Positions 11,054 to 21,030 are shown, counted from the first letter of the stretch. The stretch is 64,000 nt of DNA from Pseudomonadota bacterium (GCA_039187085.1 JBCCZV010000001.1:13442-77441), one strand, 5' to 3'. The notes: a model not told the origin generated them from the letters alone. Numbers and translations are program-made.

Positions 11054-11922
11054 TAATAAGTCCTATTTGGAAGAAAAATAGTTTTAGAAAAAACTTGGCG
11101 CAACCTTTTATCACCATAGTGACTATTTGAAGCCACTTGATCTAACAAGGCGATTTGTTTTTTTTCCTGCATTTGAACTTGAGTGTCACTACGAACAACT
11201 AGCGCTAACTTCGCTGCAATAATTTTACGTGTTGCGTCAGTGGGAGCTTTACTAGAATCGATAATGTTTGTCGCATTAAAATATTGTAAACTCGATTCGT
11301 CGCCCATCACATCTACACCATAAAGTAGGTGCATACTTTCAACAAATGGAACCAACATTTCTGCTTTAGGACTTGCATTGCCTTTGCAAAATAACGCTGG
11401 AATACCATCGGCGTCTTGTACAAAGTAACTGTTGACAACAATACCTGTATTACCGCTATTAACTAGATTGCCTAAGCAATCTTCATCACCTTGATGCTGA
11501 GTCACCAAACGATCAGATACTCGCGCATAAACAAAAACGGAGCCTGATAAATTTTTCGTTATATCGTTTTCTGAAACTAGCTCAGGCACATTACCATCTG
11601 CTTGCAAATCTCCGAGAAACAACACGTTATTGTCTAACGTGTAGAAAACATCACTGGGATCAGTTGATTCAGTCCAGCCAGCTTTTCGCAATGCCCTCTC
11701 TAAAACCGATAGCGCTAAACGCCCATTCTCCTGTACTAAATTCAATTCAAGATTCATGCGGCTAGTTTTTAATGTGCCAACAAAAATTTGTATAACTCCA
11801 GCTAAAATAATCAAACCTAGTATCAATGAAACCATTAACTCTACCAAGGTCAAACCACGTTGAGAAGTTGAACTATGTAATGAGTGAAGCAGTTTTAATG
11901 AAGGTTTGCCATTGACATTCAT
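11053..11922 (-). CDS. pilW: Type IV pilus minor pilin/assembly protein PilW
   Basis: 289 aa. Prepilin site QRG|LTLVELMVSLILGLIIL, with start/stop overlap to both pilV and pilX. Confidence 0.8.
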   Translation of the reverse strand: MNVNGKPSLKLLHSLHSSTSQRGLTLVELMVSLILGLIILAGVIQIFVGTLKTSRMNLELNLVQENGRLALSVLERALRKAGWTESTDPSDVFYTLDNNVLFLGDLQADGNVPELVSENDITKNLSGSVFVYARVSDRLVTQHQGDEDCLGNLVNSGNTGIVVNSYFVQDADGIPALFCKGNASPKAEMLVPFVESMHLLYGVDVMGDESSLQYFNATNIIDSSKAPTDATRKIIAAKLALVVRSDTQVQMQEKKQIALLDQVASNSHYGDKRLRQVFSKTIFLPNRTY

Positions 11923-12548
11923 ATCGCAACATCGACTTTAATACACTGTTTTCCTTGAGATTGTGATGTGGTGCCCCACATATCCAATGAACAGGTTGGG
12001 TCGGCTCCCATAATGTTTTCACCTGTATCTTTTCTTGCCGTCTTACTTTGCCACCCAACATATATAGAAAGTATGGAACCAGGAGAGCAGTCATCACTAT
12101 CTGTATTTTTGACATCGTGGCAGATCACACCCAACTCACCATTCGGAAAGTTAATAGCACTAAATTCAGTTTGACAAATATCGTGTACATCAAAACGCGC
12201 AATTTCTTCTGGTGTACACATATTATCTATACAAGAAGTGGGGATTGCCCCCAAATTGATTGTTAAATCATCGGATTCACTTTTACAATATTGCGAATAC
12301 ATATTACCTTTTTCTAAAGAGTATATATTGGTAGCGATGCTTTTATCATTGAAATAGGTTTCATTAAGTTTAAACCTCTGCGTTAAACTTGAAGCTAAGT
12401 TTGTCGCTTGTAGTCGAAAATTAGCTTCTTGATTCGCATTAACTGCGGAGATTTGTGCAAGCCCTAAACCTAACATCCCCACACCCACGATAAATAGTGT
12501 AATCATCACTTCTACTAACGAGAATCCGTGTAAGTTTTGTCGAAACAT
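11919..12548 (-). CDS. pilV: Type IV pilus minor pilin PilV
   Basis: 209 aa. Prepilin site LHG|FSLVEVMITLFIVGVGMLGL, followed by the QISAVNANQEA pattern typical of PilV. Confidence 0.8.
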   Translation of the reverse strand: MFRQNLHGFSLVEVMITLFIVGVGMLGLGLAQISAVNANQEANFRLQATNLASSLTQRFKLNETYFNDKSIATNIYSLEKGNMYSQYCKSESDDLTINLGAIPTSCIDNMCTPEEIARFDVHDICQTEFSAINFPNGELGVICHDVKNTDSDDCSPGSILSIYVGWQSKTARKDTGENIMGADPTCSLDMWGTTSQSQGKQCIKVDVAI

Positions 12549-12560
12549 AAGTTAGGGCAC

Positions 12561-13049
12561 CTAAGCTTGTTTACAGTTATTGGTGATTGGCTTGATTCTT
12601 GTCGCACCTACTCCTGACACGACCACTTCTTTACCTACACTTTCCGAAGAACATATCTTAAACTGTATTTTAGTCAATTTATTCTTGGTACCTCCAGCAT
12701 TAAACACTAAGTCATTAGTAGAAGAACTAGTCATTGATAGAGTGCTATGTACAGGAAAAGTTGCTAATACCTTTTGCTCTGATGGTAAGGTCACTTGCCA
12801 ACCTTGACTCCAATCGTTATTTACAGGTTCAATAGCAACATGTGTTTTTAAACTAATCGCGCTACTCCGTGCAGAAGATATCGTTGATGCGAGTTCGTTG
12901 GCTGCAGAGGATAAACGGTGTTCTTCAACAAACTTGAATAGAGAGGGACCACCTAATGTTGTGACAATGGCAATAACGACCACAACAATTACCGCTTCAA
13001 GAAGTGTAAAACCTCGAGCTCTACCAACTTTAACTTTATGCATCGCCAC
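12561..13049 (-). CDS. GspH/FimT-family minor pilin (FimT/FimU-like)
   Basis: 162 aa. Prepilin site ARG|FTLLEAVIVVVVIAI, then ANELASTISSARSSAI as in the FimT/FimU/GspH family. It is the first gene of the operon. Confidence 0.75.
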   Translation of the reverse strand: MAMHKVKVGRARGFTLLEAVIVVVVIAIVTTLGGPSLFKFVEEHRLSSAANELASTISSARSSAISLKTHVAIEPVNNDWSQGWQVTLPSEQKVLATFPVHSTLSMTSSSTNDLVFNAGGTKNKLTKIQFKICSSESVGKEVVVSGVGATRIKPITNNCKQA

Positions 13050-13267
13050 CTCTTCATAAAAATTTTTTATAAATCAACTCTGTAAACGAGAGTACACTAA
13101 ATATGAATTTTTAATCGCTTTTCTTGATAACGATAGTAATGTTGTGAAATGAGAAGTTGTATTGAAAATGGATTAGCGGCGCACTTTAACCTATGAGTAA
13201 CCCATAAAATGAAAGCATTTTGCATTACTATGTGATGCATGTTGTATTAAGTTACGGATAAATAAAA

Positions 13268-13747
13268 TTGCTAAGCATTAACTACGCAAAGAAACTCGGC
13301 TTTTCGCTGATTGAGTTGGTTATTACTGTCTTAGTTGCTACCTTGCTGGCAGCTATTGCTTTTCCTACCTATCAACAACACATTGTGGCTAGCAAACGCA
13401 AAAGTGCGATGAACATGTTACTTTCTCATGCTGCCGTCATTGAAAGATTTAAAGCTAATCATGGTTTTAGTTATCAATGCCTTTCTTTACAAACATCTAC
13501 GTGTACTATAAAAGGACAGACTTTCAACGTTACGCCCGTTATTAGCTCTTTTATACCGCCTGACACCAACTCACCTGATTACGAACTCAGCGTCAAAGTT
13601 TATAATAATGGAAAAGCTTATGAACTCACGGCCAACCCATCCAGTTTTTCCTCACAGAAAGATGATGGCCCTATCGTTTTGCATTCAGATGGTCAACGAC
13701 TTTGGAATGGTCAAAATTGTTGGCCGATTAATAATAAAACCTGCTAA
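13268..13747 (+). CDS. pilE: Type IV pilin PilE-like
   Basis: 159 aa. Prepilin site KLG|FSLIELVITVLVATLLAAIAFPTYQQ, with a C-terminal Cys pair. Starts at TTG and is divergent from the minor-pilin operon. Confidence 0.75.
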   Translation: MLSINYAKKLGFSLIELVITVLVATLLAAIAFPTYQQHIVASKRKSAMNMLLSHAAVIERFKANHGFSYQCLSLQTSTCTIKGQTFNVTPVISSFIPPDTNSPDYELSVKVYNNGKAYELTANPSSFSSQKDDGPIVLHSDGQRLWNGQNCWPINNKTC

Positions 13748-14117
13748 GTGTAAATATTTATCTATTTTTATTTTTTCTTGCATGATATAAATCGCCCGCA
13801 ATGTAAAAAACTTGACGGAGTTATCAATCTAGACAGGCGAAATACACAATACAATGACAGTTTGTCGAAAAAAAGTACAACTTTAAAACCAACAGTTAAC
13901 TTTGTCACAGAATTGAGCGTTAAAATATGTACAATAGTTCACCATAAATATGAGCATTCTGTTGCAAATAGTTTTTAGAACAAGCGGTAATAAACACCGT
14001 ATTTGCACAGTCCGGTATGTATGCTGACATCATGTATAACTTGGTCATTATCAATATGTCGTAATAACTCATTGTTATTTTTACTACTTGATATAAATCT
14101 AGGATTCATTGGTTAAT

Positions 14118-15086
14118 ATGAAGCATTATCTTTCAATAACTTGGATGATTTTACTGTATCTTGTGTGGGGTACAGCACATTCTGAAGTCTACAAGTGGGT
14201 TGATGAGCAAGGTCGTGTACACTACACGAGTAAACCTCCTGCTCAATCGAATGATAAATCTTCTCAAGCTAAACGTTTGGACATCAAAAAACCAAGTTTC
14301 CAATCTGGATTAAGAACACAACGTAACTCAGCTCTGCAGGCTACAAAAGAGCGCTCTTCACTTGTCACTGAAGCGCTTGCAAGCAAAAACAGCAACGCCC
14401 TCCAATTGATAAGACAGCAAGAAACGCGAGTCACGATCTCTGATTTAGCTTTTGCTATAAAACATGCTCATAACCAAGCACTTGAAGAAATGTTAACTAA
14501 AGTAGCTTCTGCTTCCAGCACAGCACCTGAATATTTGAAACTCATTGACAACAATTCATTGTTAGATATTGCTGCAGTCAAAGGGAACCTTGAAGCCGTT
14601 ACCATTCTTATGAAAAAAGATCCTGTACGTTTTCGTACGCCAGAGCTTTCGCTCACTGCCCTGATCAAAGCGATACAATCCAATAACAGTCAAATCGTCA
14701 ATACTCTTATCTCTCACGGCGTCAATGTTAATGACAGCAATTCATTAGCTCTTAAAAAAGCATCTGAATTAGGCTTAATAAACATCGCCACAATTTTGTT
14801 GCGTAACTATGCAGAAGTAAACCCACCCTTAAATAAATCAGCATCTAAACTCGGTCGAATCAAAGACGTTAGCCTCTCACCTTTGTCTCTCGCCGTTAAA
14901 AACAATCAATTTGGTATGGTAAAATTGTTAGTGGAAAGCGGAGCAGAGATTAATGCTCAACACTCCAGTTATGGTACTGCTTTTGACATCGCAAAAAAGC
15001 AAAAAAATGAAACCATATTACGCTATTTAACTTTGCGCGGGGCAAAATCTTCTAAAGACAGTTTACGAGGTAAAAGTTTTTACTAA
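14118..15086 (+). CDS. Secreted DUF4124 domain / ankyrin-repeat protein
   Basis: Signal peptide MKHYLSITWMILLYLVWGTAHS, then the DUF4124-type EVYKWVDEQGRVHYTSKPP. About five ANK-like repeats follow (e.g. SPLSLAVKNNQFGMVKLLVESGAEINAQ). The ATG at 14118 is preferred over TTG at 14109. Confidence 0.8.
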   Translation: MKHYLSITWMILLYLVWGTAHSEVYKWVDEQGRVHYTSKPPAQSNDKSSQAKRLDIKKPSFQSGLRTQRNSALQATKERSSLVTEALASKNSNALQLIRQQETRVTISDLAFAIKHAHNQALEEMLTKVASASSTAPEYLKLIDNNSLLDIAAVKGNLEAVTILMKKDPVRFRTPELSLTALIKAIQSNNSQIVNTLISHGVNVNDSNSLALKKASELGLINIATILLRNYAEVNPPLNKSASKLGRIKDVSLSPLSLAVKNNQFGMVKLLVESGAEINAQHSSYGTAFDIAKKQKNETILRYLTLRGAKSSKDSLRGKSFY

Positions 15087-15280
15087 GCTTGGCGTATACT
15101 CTCAGCACAAATGAACAACAATCATTAATTATTTAGTGCATTCATTCTTCTAAATGTTTACAAATAAGAATACGTTCTTTTTTTCATAGTGCATTTTATT
15201 AACAACGACTTAAAGTCTCACCTCCAGAAGATACTTGCAAAGAAACGCGATAAGCTTCAGAATTAATTGGCTAAACACCA

Positions 15281-17422
15281 ATGATTAATAAGCGTTTAAC
15301 ACTTTCGAAAATGCAAATCCGTTTTTTTTGTGATTTATACTTTAGGCGATTATCGTCTGATACATTCATGCTCTTCACTGTATGGGCACTTCTATTTATA
15401 TGTCCCAACGTTTTAGGAAACACTGACTCAAAAATTCTTTCTGACAAGGACATTCAGCAATCAAAAAATATATCTTCCGAACTAAACTACTACTTTGACT
15501 TTACTCATCAATTATCGGTCAACGAGATACATCAATCTCGTGAAATTATCGCCTTTACCAAAAATGAGGAGCAGGAACTCAATTTAGGTATCGGTGATGG
15601 CAAAATTTGGATTTACTTTCCATTTATTGTTGAAGAAAGCACAAAAATGACTGACTTCAATTACAGCGATAGGTTGAATTTAATCATTCGAGCTAACTCC
15701 ATAAAACGATTATCGCTACATGTGTTGAAAAATAATGGAGAAGTTCTCCACAATCAATATCAACCACGCTCTGAACTGAAAAATTTATCATGGCTGCTTT
15801 ATCCTTTACCATTATCTGAACCAGGCTACTACCATGTCTATCTGTCATTAGAGGTTTTCGGTCCGACCTTAATTCCTTTTTATTTGGCGAAAGAAACAAC
15901 TGCTGAAAAATTTCAAGCAAAAACCCAGACCATCGCAATAGCAATTATTGCAGTAAACCTCTGTTTGCTAATTTTTTGTCTATTATCAAGCATTTTGTAC
16001 CAGCAAAGAGCACTCTATTTCATTTTATCCAGTTTAACATTTTTGGTACTATTACGTGTTTTAGCGGCCTATCATCTTCCTCCAGAAATTACCGTATTCG
16101 GTATACCCATCGAGCTATTTCAAGGCGTCATTTTGATTGACTTGTTGATTCATGGCGTGTGTTTTTGGTTTTTACATCACACCACATCGTTGCATCCTGA
16201 CGAGCAATTATTATATCGTATACATCGTTCTTTCTTATTCGTTGCTGTTGTGGGCTTAGGCAGCCTATTCATCTTTTCATTCTCACTCGCTTTTCGTATT
16301 TATAATTTAATCGTTTTGTTTGTCTCGCTTTATTGCTTATTTTACAATGTTCGAGCTGTCATCAAAACGCGACAAATCTCCGAATTAACCACATTTCTTG
16401 GCGTTATTTCCTTGTTGTGCCTAGAAAATAGTTTAATGCTATTCCAAACTTCTCCCTCGCTTTGGTATAACGCATTATGGCTAACAGTCTTAATGATATT
16501 TATTACCTTTACCATATTTATGGTAATTTATATGAAAGAGTTTAAATCGCTAAAACAACAGCTGCTGCAGCATGAAACCTGGAAAAATCATATTTTACAA
16601 AAGATTGATGCACTCACTAATGAAACACAAACCTTAATCGCAGGTAATTACCACAATAGGATTAATCTCACAGAATTCAAAGAGGTCAGGCAGCTCGCTT
16701 TTCATTTAAATAAGTTAGCGCATGTTTTGGAAGATAGCCGGATTTCAAGAAAACAATGGATCGCTGATATATCTCATGAACTAAGAACGCCTTTAACGAT
16801 TTTAAAAGGCGAAATGGAAGCCATTATTGATGGAATCAGGCCATTGGGAACCAAGTCAGTAGAATCTTTCTATCACGAAATTTCACGTTTAACTAAGTTA
16901 GTACAAGATCTCCATGAGCTATCCTTGAGTGATAGCGCTAAGTTGACGCTCAATAAAAAGAAAGCCTCTATGGAACCCATCATCTCTCAGCAACTAGAGA
17001 TGTTTAGCAGCACATTAGAAAAACATAGCTTTGTTATTAACACTGACTTGCTAACCGGTACATGTTTTCTCAATATTGATCCAGATAGAATGACACAATT
17101 AGTTTCGAATCTCCTTAAAAATACTCTAAAATATACGCAAGTACCTGGAAAATTGAGTATTCGAACATACTTAAGAGAGAATCAATGGGTTTTAGTTTGG
17201 GAGGACTCAGAACCAGGCGTACCAGACGAAATGCTAGGTATGCTCTTTAACCGCTTATTCCGCGTCGAACGCTCTCGTAGCAGCGCATCCGGCGGCAGTG
17301 GTTTGGGTCTTGCTCTTTGCAAATCTATCGTAGAAGCTCATGGTGGCAAAATCGATGCAAAGCCCTCAAATTTGGGTGGATTGCGTATGGAAGTTATATT
17401 GCCATTATATGAGCTACAGTAG
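15281..17422 (+). CDS. Sensor histidine kinase with a 7TMR-DISM-type N-terminus (periplasmic domain plus 7 TM) and a BaeS-like HisKA/HATPase core
   Basis: 713 aa. A ~190-aa N-terminal extracytoplasmic region is followed by seven hydrophobic helices. The H-box is ADISHELRTPLT and the G-boxes include GGSGLGLALCKSIVEAHGG. Start is ambiguous (15281, 15311 or 15368). Confidence 0.9.
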   Translation: MINKRLTLSKMQIRFFCDLYFRRLSSDTFMLFTVWALLFICPNVLGNTDSKILSDKDIQQSKNISSELNYYFDFTHQLSVNEIHQSREIIAFTKNEEQELNLGIGDGKIWIYFPFIVEESTKMTDFNYSDRLNLIIRANSIKRLSLHVLKNNGEVLHNQYQPRSELKNLSWLLYPLPLSEPGYYHVYLSLEVFGPTLIPFYLAKETTAEKFQAKTQTIAIAIIAVNLCLLIFCLLSSILYQQRALYFILSSLTFLVLLRVLAAYHLPPEITVFGIPIELFQGVILIDLLIHGVCFWFLHHTTSLHPDEQLLYRIHRSFLFVAVVGLGSLFIFSFSLAFRIYNLIVLFVSLYCLFYNVRAVIKTRQISELTTFLGVISLLCLENSLMLFQTSPSLWYNALWLTVLMIFITFTIFMVIYMKEFKSLKQQLLQHETWKNHILQKIDALTNETQTLIAGNYHNRINLTEFKEVRQLAFHLNKLAHVLEDSRISRKQWIADISHELRTPLTILKGEMEAIIDGIRPLGTKSVESFYHEISRLTKLVQDLHELSLSDSAKLTLNKKKASMEPIISQQLEMFSSTLEKHSFVINTDLLTGTCFLNIDPDRMTQLVSNLLKNTLKYTQVPGKLSIRTYLRENQWVLVWEDSEPGVPDEMLGMLFNRLFRVERSRSSASGGSGLGLALCKSIVEAHGGKIDAKPSNLGGLRMEVILPLYELQ

Positions 17423-17446
17423 AATAAACATATATTGGAGTGCGTT

Positions 17447-18136
17447 ATGGAAAAAGAAACCGTCGTTATTGTAGAGGATGAAACAAAAGTTGCCGAGTTG
17501 CTTGCCGACTATTTGAGAAATGAAGGCTATGATGTGCATTGTTTTATCAATGGTGATGGTCTTGTTAATTTTATTGCCGATAACAAACCCTCACTTTTGT
17601 TGCTTGACTGGATGCTACCCGGCATGGACGGTTTGAATTTGTGTAAACGCGTACGTCAGCTGTATGAGCTTCCCATCATCATGTTAACGGCAAAATCAGA
17701 AGAAGAAGACCGGTTACTCGGCTTCGAAAGTGGTGCAGATGACTATATATGCAAACCTTTTTCACCCAGGGAAGTAGTCGCTCGCGTAAAAGCTCTATTG
17801 AAACGGGCTAAAGCCCAAATTCAAGATGATTGGATTTCTCTAGATCCTATCAAAGTGGGCCAACATCAAAACATTGTTGAAATTGCCGGACAAACTCTTG
17901 ACTTGACGCCAACAGAATTCCACATCCTTAAAGTACTCGTCAGCAACCCTAACAAAGTCTATTCTCGCGAGCAGCTTTTTTACAAATATCACAATGAATC
18001 CGATGAAAATAACGCAAGAAAAATTGACAGCCACATTAAAAATCTTCGCAAAAAAGTCAGTGCAGCAATTCCCGAACATGATATTATCAAATCAGTTTAT
18101 GGCGCAGGTTATAAATTGATGTATCCTTTTAGTTAA
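17447..18136 (+). CDS. OmpR-family response regulator (BaeR/CpxR-like)
   Basis: REC domain (VEDE, LLLDWMLPGMDG, KPF) plus a winged-helix Trans_reg_C domain (LTPTEFHILKVL...GAGYKL). GGAG SD before the ATG at 17447. Located 24 nt after the kinase gene. Confidence 0.92.
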   Translation: MEKETVVIVEDETKVAELLADYLRNEGYDVHCFINGDGLVNFIADNKPSLLLLDWMLPGMDGLNLCKRVRQLYELPIIMLTAKSEEEDRLLGFESGADDYICKPFSPREVVARVKALLKRAKAQIQDDWISLDPIKVGQHQNIVEIAGQTLDLTPTEFHILKVLVSNPNKVYSREQLFYKYHNESDENNARKIDSHIKNLRKKVSAAIPEHDIIKSVYGAGYKLMYPFS

Positions 18137-18147
18137 CTAACGTCATG

Positions 18148-18184
18148 TTGAGAAGCATCTAAGAGTTTATTCAATGCTTCTCAA
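18148..18184. terminator. Hairpin between convergent genes (11-bp stem TTGAGAAGCAT/ATGCTTCTCAA)
   Basis: Perfect inverted repeat with a 15-nt loop, seen directly. There is no clear U-tract on either strand. Confidence 0.35.
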
Positions 18185-18206
18185 GCGTATAGCATACTAT
18201 ATTGTA

Positions 18207-18572
18207 TCAAAACGAAAACCAAGAATTCTCGATAATAATAAAATCATTACTCTCAATGCCATAATCGCTACGCAAGAACTCAATTTCTCGTGTTGTTTTT
18301 ACGCCTCGACATAAGACACGTTGTTTTTTCACCAAAGCAATATGTTTAATTTCTTTAGTTTGTTTTAACTGATACTTAATTCTCATTTTGTAATGCTGCG
18401 GATCTTCGCAATCAAGGGCTTCAATGGTGAAAGTAATTTGCTCTTGACTAATAGTATAAGCTTTTACTTTTACCAATTTACCTTTAATTGAATGGCTTTT
18501 TTTTATCGGTTGATGGACACAAGCCGTTGTAAGTAATATCGTACCTATGACTAGAGTACGCCACAGCATCAA
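18207..18572 (-). CDS. Hypothetical small lipoprotein
   Basis: 121 aa. Signal peptide with lipobox LLTTA|C. No family recognised. Lies directly downstream of metB on the same strand. Confidence 0.6.
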   Translation of the reverse strand: MMLWRTLVIGTILLTTACVHQPIKKSHSIKGKLVKVKAYTISQEQITFTIEALDCEDPQHYKMRIKYQLKQTKEIKHIALVKKQRVLCRGVKTTREIEFLRSDYGIESNDFIIIENSWFSF

Positions 18573-18590
18573 ACCTTTACTCCTTTAATA

Positions 18591-19826
18591 TCACACAGCA
18601 ATAACTTTGGAAAATTTTTCGCAGAGCGTCAAGCCCGAATCCCGAATAGCATTAAAACCTGTTTTAAGATCACTGATCAAATCATCTCCGTCTTCTATAC
18701 CAACAGAAAGTCTTAATAATGAATCTTTAATACCAGCTTGCTTTCTTGCATCAACATCCATAGCTGCATGAGTCATAGTTGCAGGATGTGCAATAAGGCT
18801 TTCCACTCCCCCTAACGACTCAGCAAGACTAAATAACTTTAATGGTTTTACAAATTCTCTAATGGCACAATCACCACCAGAGACTTCGAAACTTATCATT
18901 GCACCAAACCCTCGTTGTTGACGACGCGCTAGTTGATGTTGTGGATGAGTCTCTAAACCTGGAAAATAAATTTTTTCCACTAATGCTTCACTAGATAAGT
19001 ACTCGATAATTTTATCTGCATTTTCTTGATGTACGCGCAACCTAGCTCCTAAAGTTCTGATCCCTCGCAGTGTTAAAAAAGCATCAAAAGGAGAACCAGT
19101 TACGCCAATACAATTCGCCCACCATGCCACATCTTCAAACAAGGCTTGGTCTTTGCAAACCACAGCGCCACCAACAACGTCGCTATGGCCATTAATATAT
19201 TTTGTTGTAGAATGCACAACAATATCAGCACCTAACGTTAAGGGTTTTTGTAATAAAGGAGAAAGGAATGTGTTATCGACGACCACGCAAGCTCCAACTG
19301 TTTGCGCTTTCGAAGCAATTTCTTGAATGTCGGTTAAACGCAGTAAAGGATTACTTGGAGTTTCTATCCAAATAAGCTTAGGTTGTTTTGCTAACAAGTC
19401 TTGTAATTTATCATGCTCAGAAAAATCAACAAACTCTACATTCAATTTACCTTGTTGATGAAAAGTATTAAGTAATCGATAAGTTCCGCCATAACAATCA
19501 TGTGGAGCAATGACCAGTTCACCAGGATTGACTAGTTGCAATACGAGCGTAATAGCGGACATGCCAGTTGATGTGATAACGGCACCGCAACCTTCCTCTA
19601 ATTCCGCTACCGCTTCAGCCAAAATATCGCGGGTCGGGTTTCCAGAACGCGTGTAATCATATTGTCTTTTGTTGTCTAAACCAGCAAAAGAAAAATTTGT
19701 ACTTAAGTAGAGCGGCGGAACAATGGCACCGTGCTGATCATTGCTATCAATTCCTGTGCGCACAGCAACAGTTGCTGGTTGCGTTTTTGGATATTTAGAA
19801 TATAGTGTTTCAATCTCGTGCGTCAT
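18591..19826 (-). CDS. metB: Cystathionine gamma-synthase / O-acylhomoserine lyase (PLP-dependent Cys/Met family)
   Basis: 411 aa, collinear with E. coli MetB along its whole length (APHDCYGGTYRL, VVDNTFLSP, PLP-lysine motif HSTTKYINGHSDVVGG, AESLGGVESL). Confidence 0.85.
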   Translation of the reverse strand: MTHEIETLYSKYPKTQPATVAVRTGIDSNDQHGAIVPPLYLSTNFSFAGLDNKRQYDYTRSGNPTRDILAEAVAELEEGCGAVITSTGMSAITLVLQLVNPGELVIAPHDCYGGTYRLLNTFHQQGKLNVEFVDFSEHDKLQDLLAKQPKLIWIETPSNPLLRLTDIQEIASKAQTVGACVVVDNTFLSPLLQKPLTLGADIVVHSTTKYINGHSDVVGGAVVCKDQALFEDVAWWANCIGVTGSPFDAFLTLRGIRTLGARLRVHQENADKIIEYLSSEALVEKIYFPGLETHPQHQLARRQQRGFGAMISFEVSGGDCAIREFVKPLKLFSLAESLGGVESLIAHPATMTHAAMDVDARKQAGIKDSLLRLSVGIEDGDDLISDLKTGFNAIRDSGLTLCEKFSKVIAV

Positions 19827-19885
19827 TACTCTACCCTCTTAAAGTTACATAAAATTTGGTTGGAGACTCTATAACTCATTCATCT

Positions 19886-20935
19886 TTAAAATAAATACGA
19901 TTCTAAAAAATTTTGTACTTTATCTATTTCTTTTAAAAAAGCATCGTGTCCAAACTCAGAATGGATACGATAATCTTCAGCAAGACAACCTATAGATGCC
20001 GTCAATTCTTCAATAAAGCTTTGAGGAACAATTTGATCATTTCGTGTTGAAAAAATAGCACAAGGAACATTAATGACTTCAGGCGAAAACTTGTGTCTGT
20101 CTATCGATTCTGATAAACAAAGGTAGGATTCACAGGTAAATACTTCACACGTTTTATGTCCCTGGTGTAAAAGATACGATTCTATAGGAAAGTCACCATC
20201 TTGATCATGGAAAGCGAAACGCGCTTCAAATTCTTCTGGACTACGATATGTAGCCATAGCTAGTGCACGTGCCAGCACTAACCCTTGTTTCTCATCATTA
20301 TGTGATTTTGCGAATGTGATAATTTGGCGTTGTAAACACCGCCAGGCTGTCGTAATCACAGGAATGCGATGACACGCGTTAATTAAAATAAGTTTTTGTA
20401 ATGCTTTGGGGTAGAGGTTGGCAAATTTCCCTGCAATCATTCCACCATAGGATGCTCCTATAAAACCTGCTAGTGTCGAAATATTCAAGGTTTCTAAAAG
20501 TTTTTTGACAGCTCGTGCTTGATCTTCTGTATCAATGCAATGAAAATTTTCTAATTCAAACAGTTCTTCTGCAGATGTCGAATCTCCTATACCACCAATA
20601 AAGTCCATGCTGATGATAGCGTAGGGAAATAAGCTTTCCGTTGAATCTAGCCAATGCTGAAATACAGATTGCCACCATCCAGAAACTTGTTCATTAGAAG
20701 CACAAAAGATATGCCGACTTGCAGAAATTCCACCGAGGATAAAGAGTGATGGCTGTGTTTTTACATCGCCTATGACACGATACGCAATCCGTAGTTTTTG
20801 AATCTTTCCACCATTTTTAAGCTGGAAAGATTCATTTAAAATCAAAACATCATCGCAAATCTTCGAAGCATGCGATGCATCGATATTTTTTGGTTTTTTT
20901 AATGATGAAAAATGCGCTTCTGTTTTTGCCAACAT
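19886..20935 (-). CDS. metX: Homoserine O-acyltransferase (MetX-type alpha/beta hydrolase)
   Basis: 349 aa. N-terminal LRIAYRVIGD...LFILGGISASRH, nucleophile elbow GASYGG and C-terminal HDAFL. Sits upstream of metB and downstream of a SAM riboswitch. Confidence 0.8.
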   Translation of the reverse strand: MLAKTEAHFSSLKKPKNIDASHASKICDDVLILNESFQLKNGGKIQKLRIAYRVIGDVKTQPSLFILGGISASRHIFCASNEQVSGWWQSVFQHWLDSTESLFPYAIISMDFIGGIGDSTSAEELFELENFHCIDTEDQARAVKKLLETLNISTLAGFIGASYGGMIAGKFANLYPKALQKLILINACHRIPVITTAWRCLQRQIITFAKSHNDEKQGLVLARALAMATYRSPEEFEARFAFHDQDGDFPIESYLLHQGHKTCEVFTCESYLCLSESIDRHKFSPEVINVPCAIFSTRNDQIVPQSFIEELTASIGCLAEDYRIHSEFGHDAFLKEIDKVQNFLESYLF

Positions 20936-21030
20936 TCTCTAACCCCAATAAGCTTCTTGCATAAAGCTTGTTATTTAGGTCACCGAATGGTTGAGAGGCA
21001 CAGATACTTTCGTCTAAGAAGGAATGTGAA

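Noticed and set aside
13211-13226. Possible sigma54 promoter (GAAAGCATTTTGCATT) upstream of pilE
   Set aside because: It has a TTGCA-like -12 element but lacks the GG dinucleotide of the -24 TGGCAC element at the required spacing.
13778-13978. 66-aa TTG-initiated ORF between pilE and the DUF4124-ankyrin gene
   Set aside because: It has a TTG start with no SD in an AT-rich spacer, and a basic, featureless translation. It is probably non-coding.
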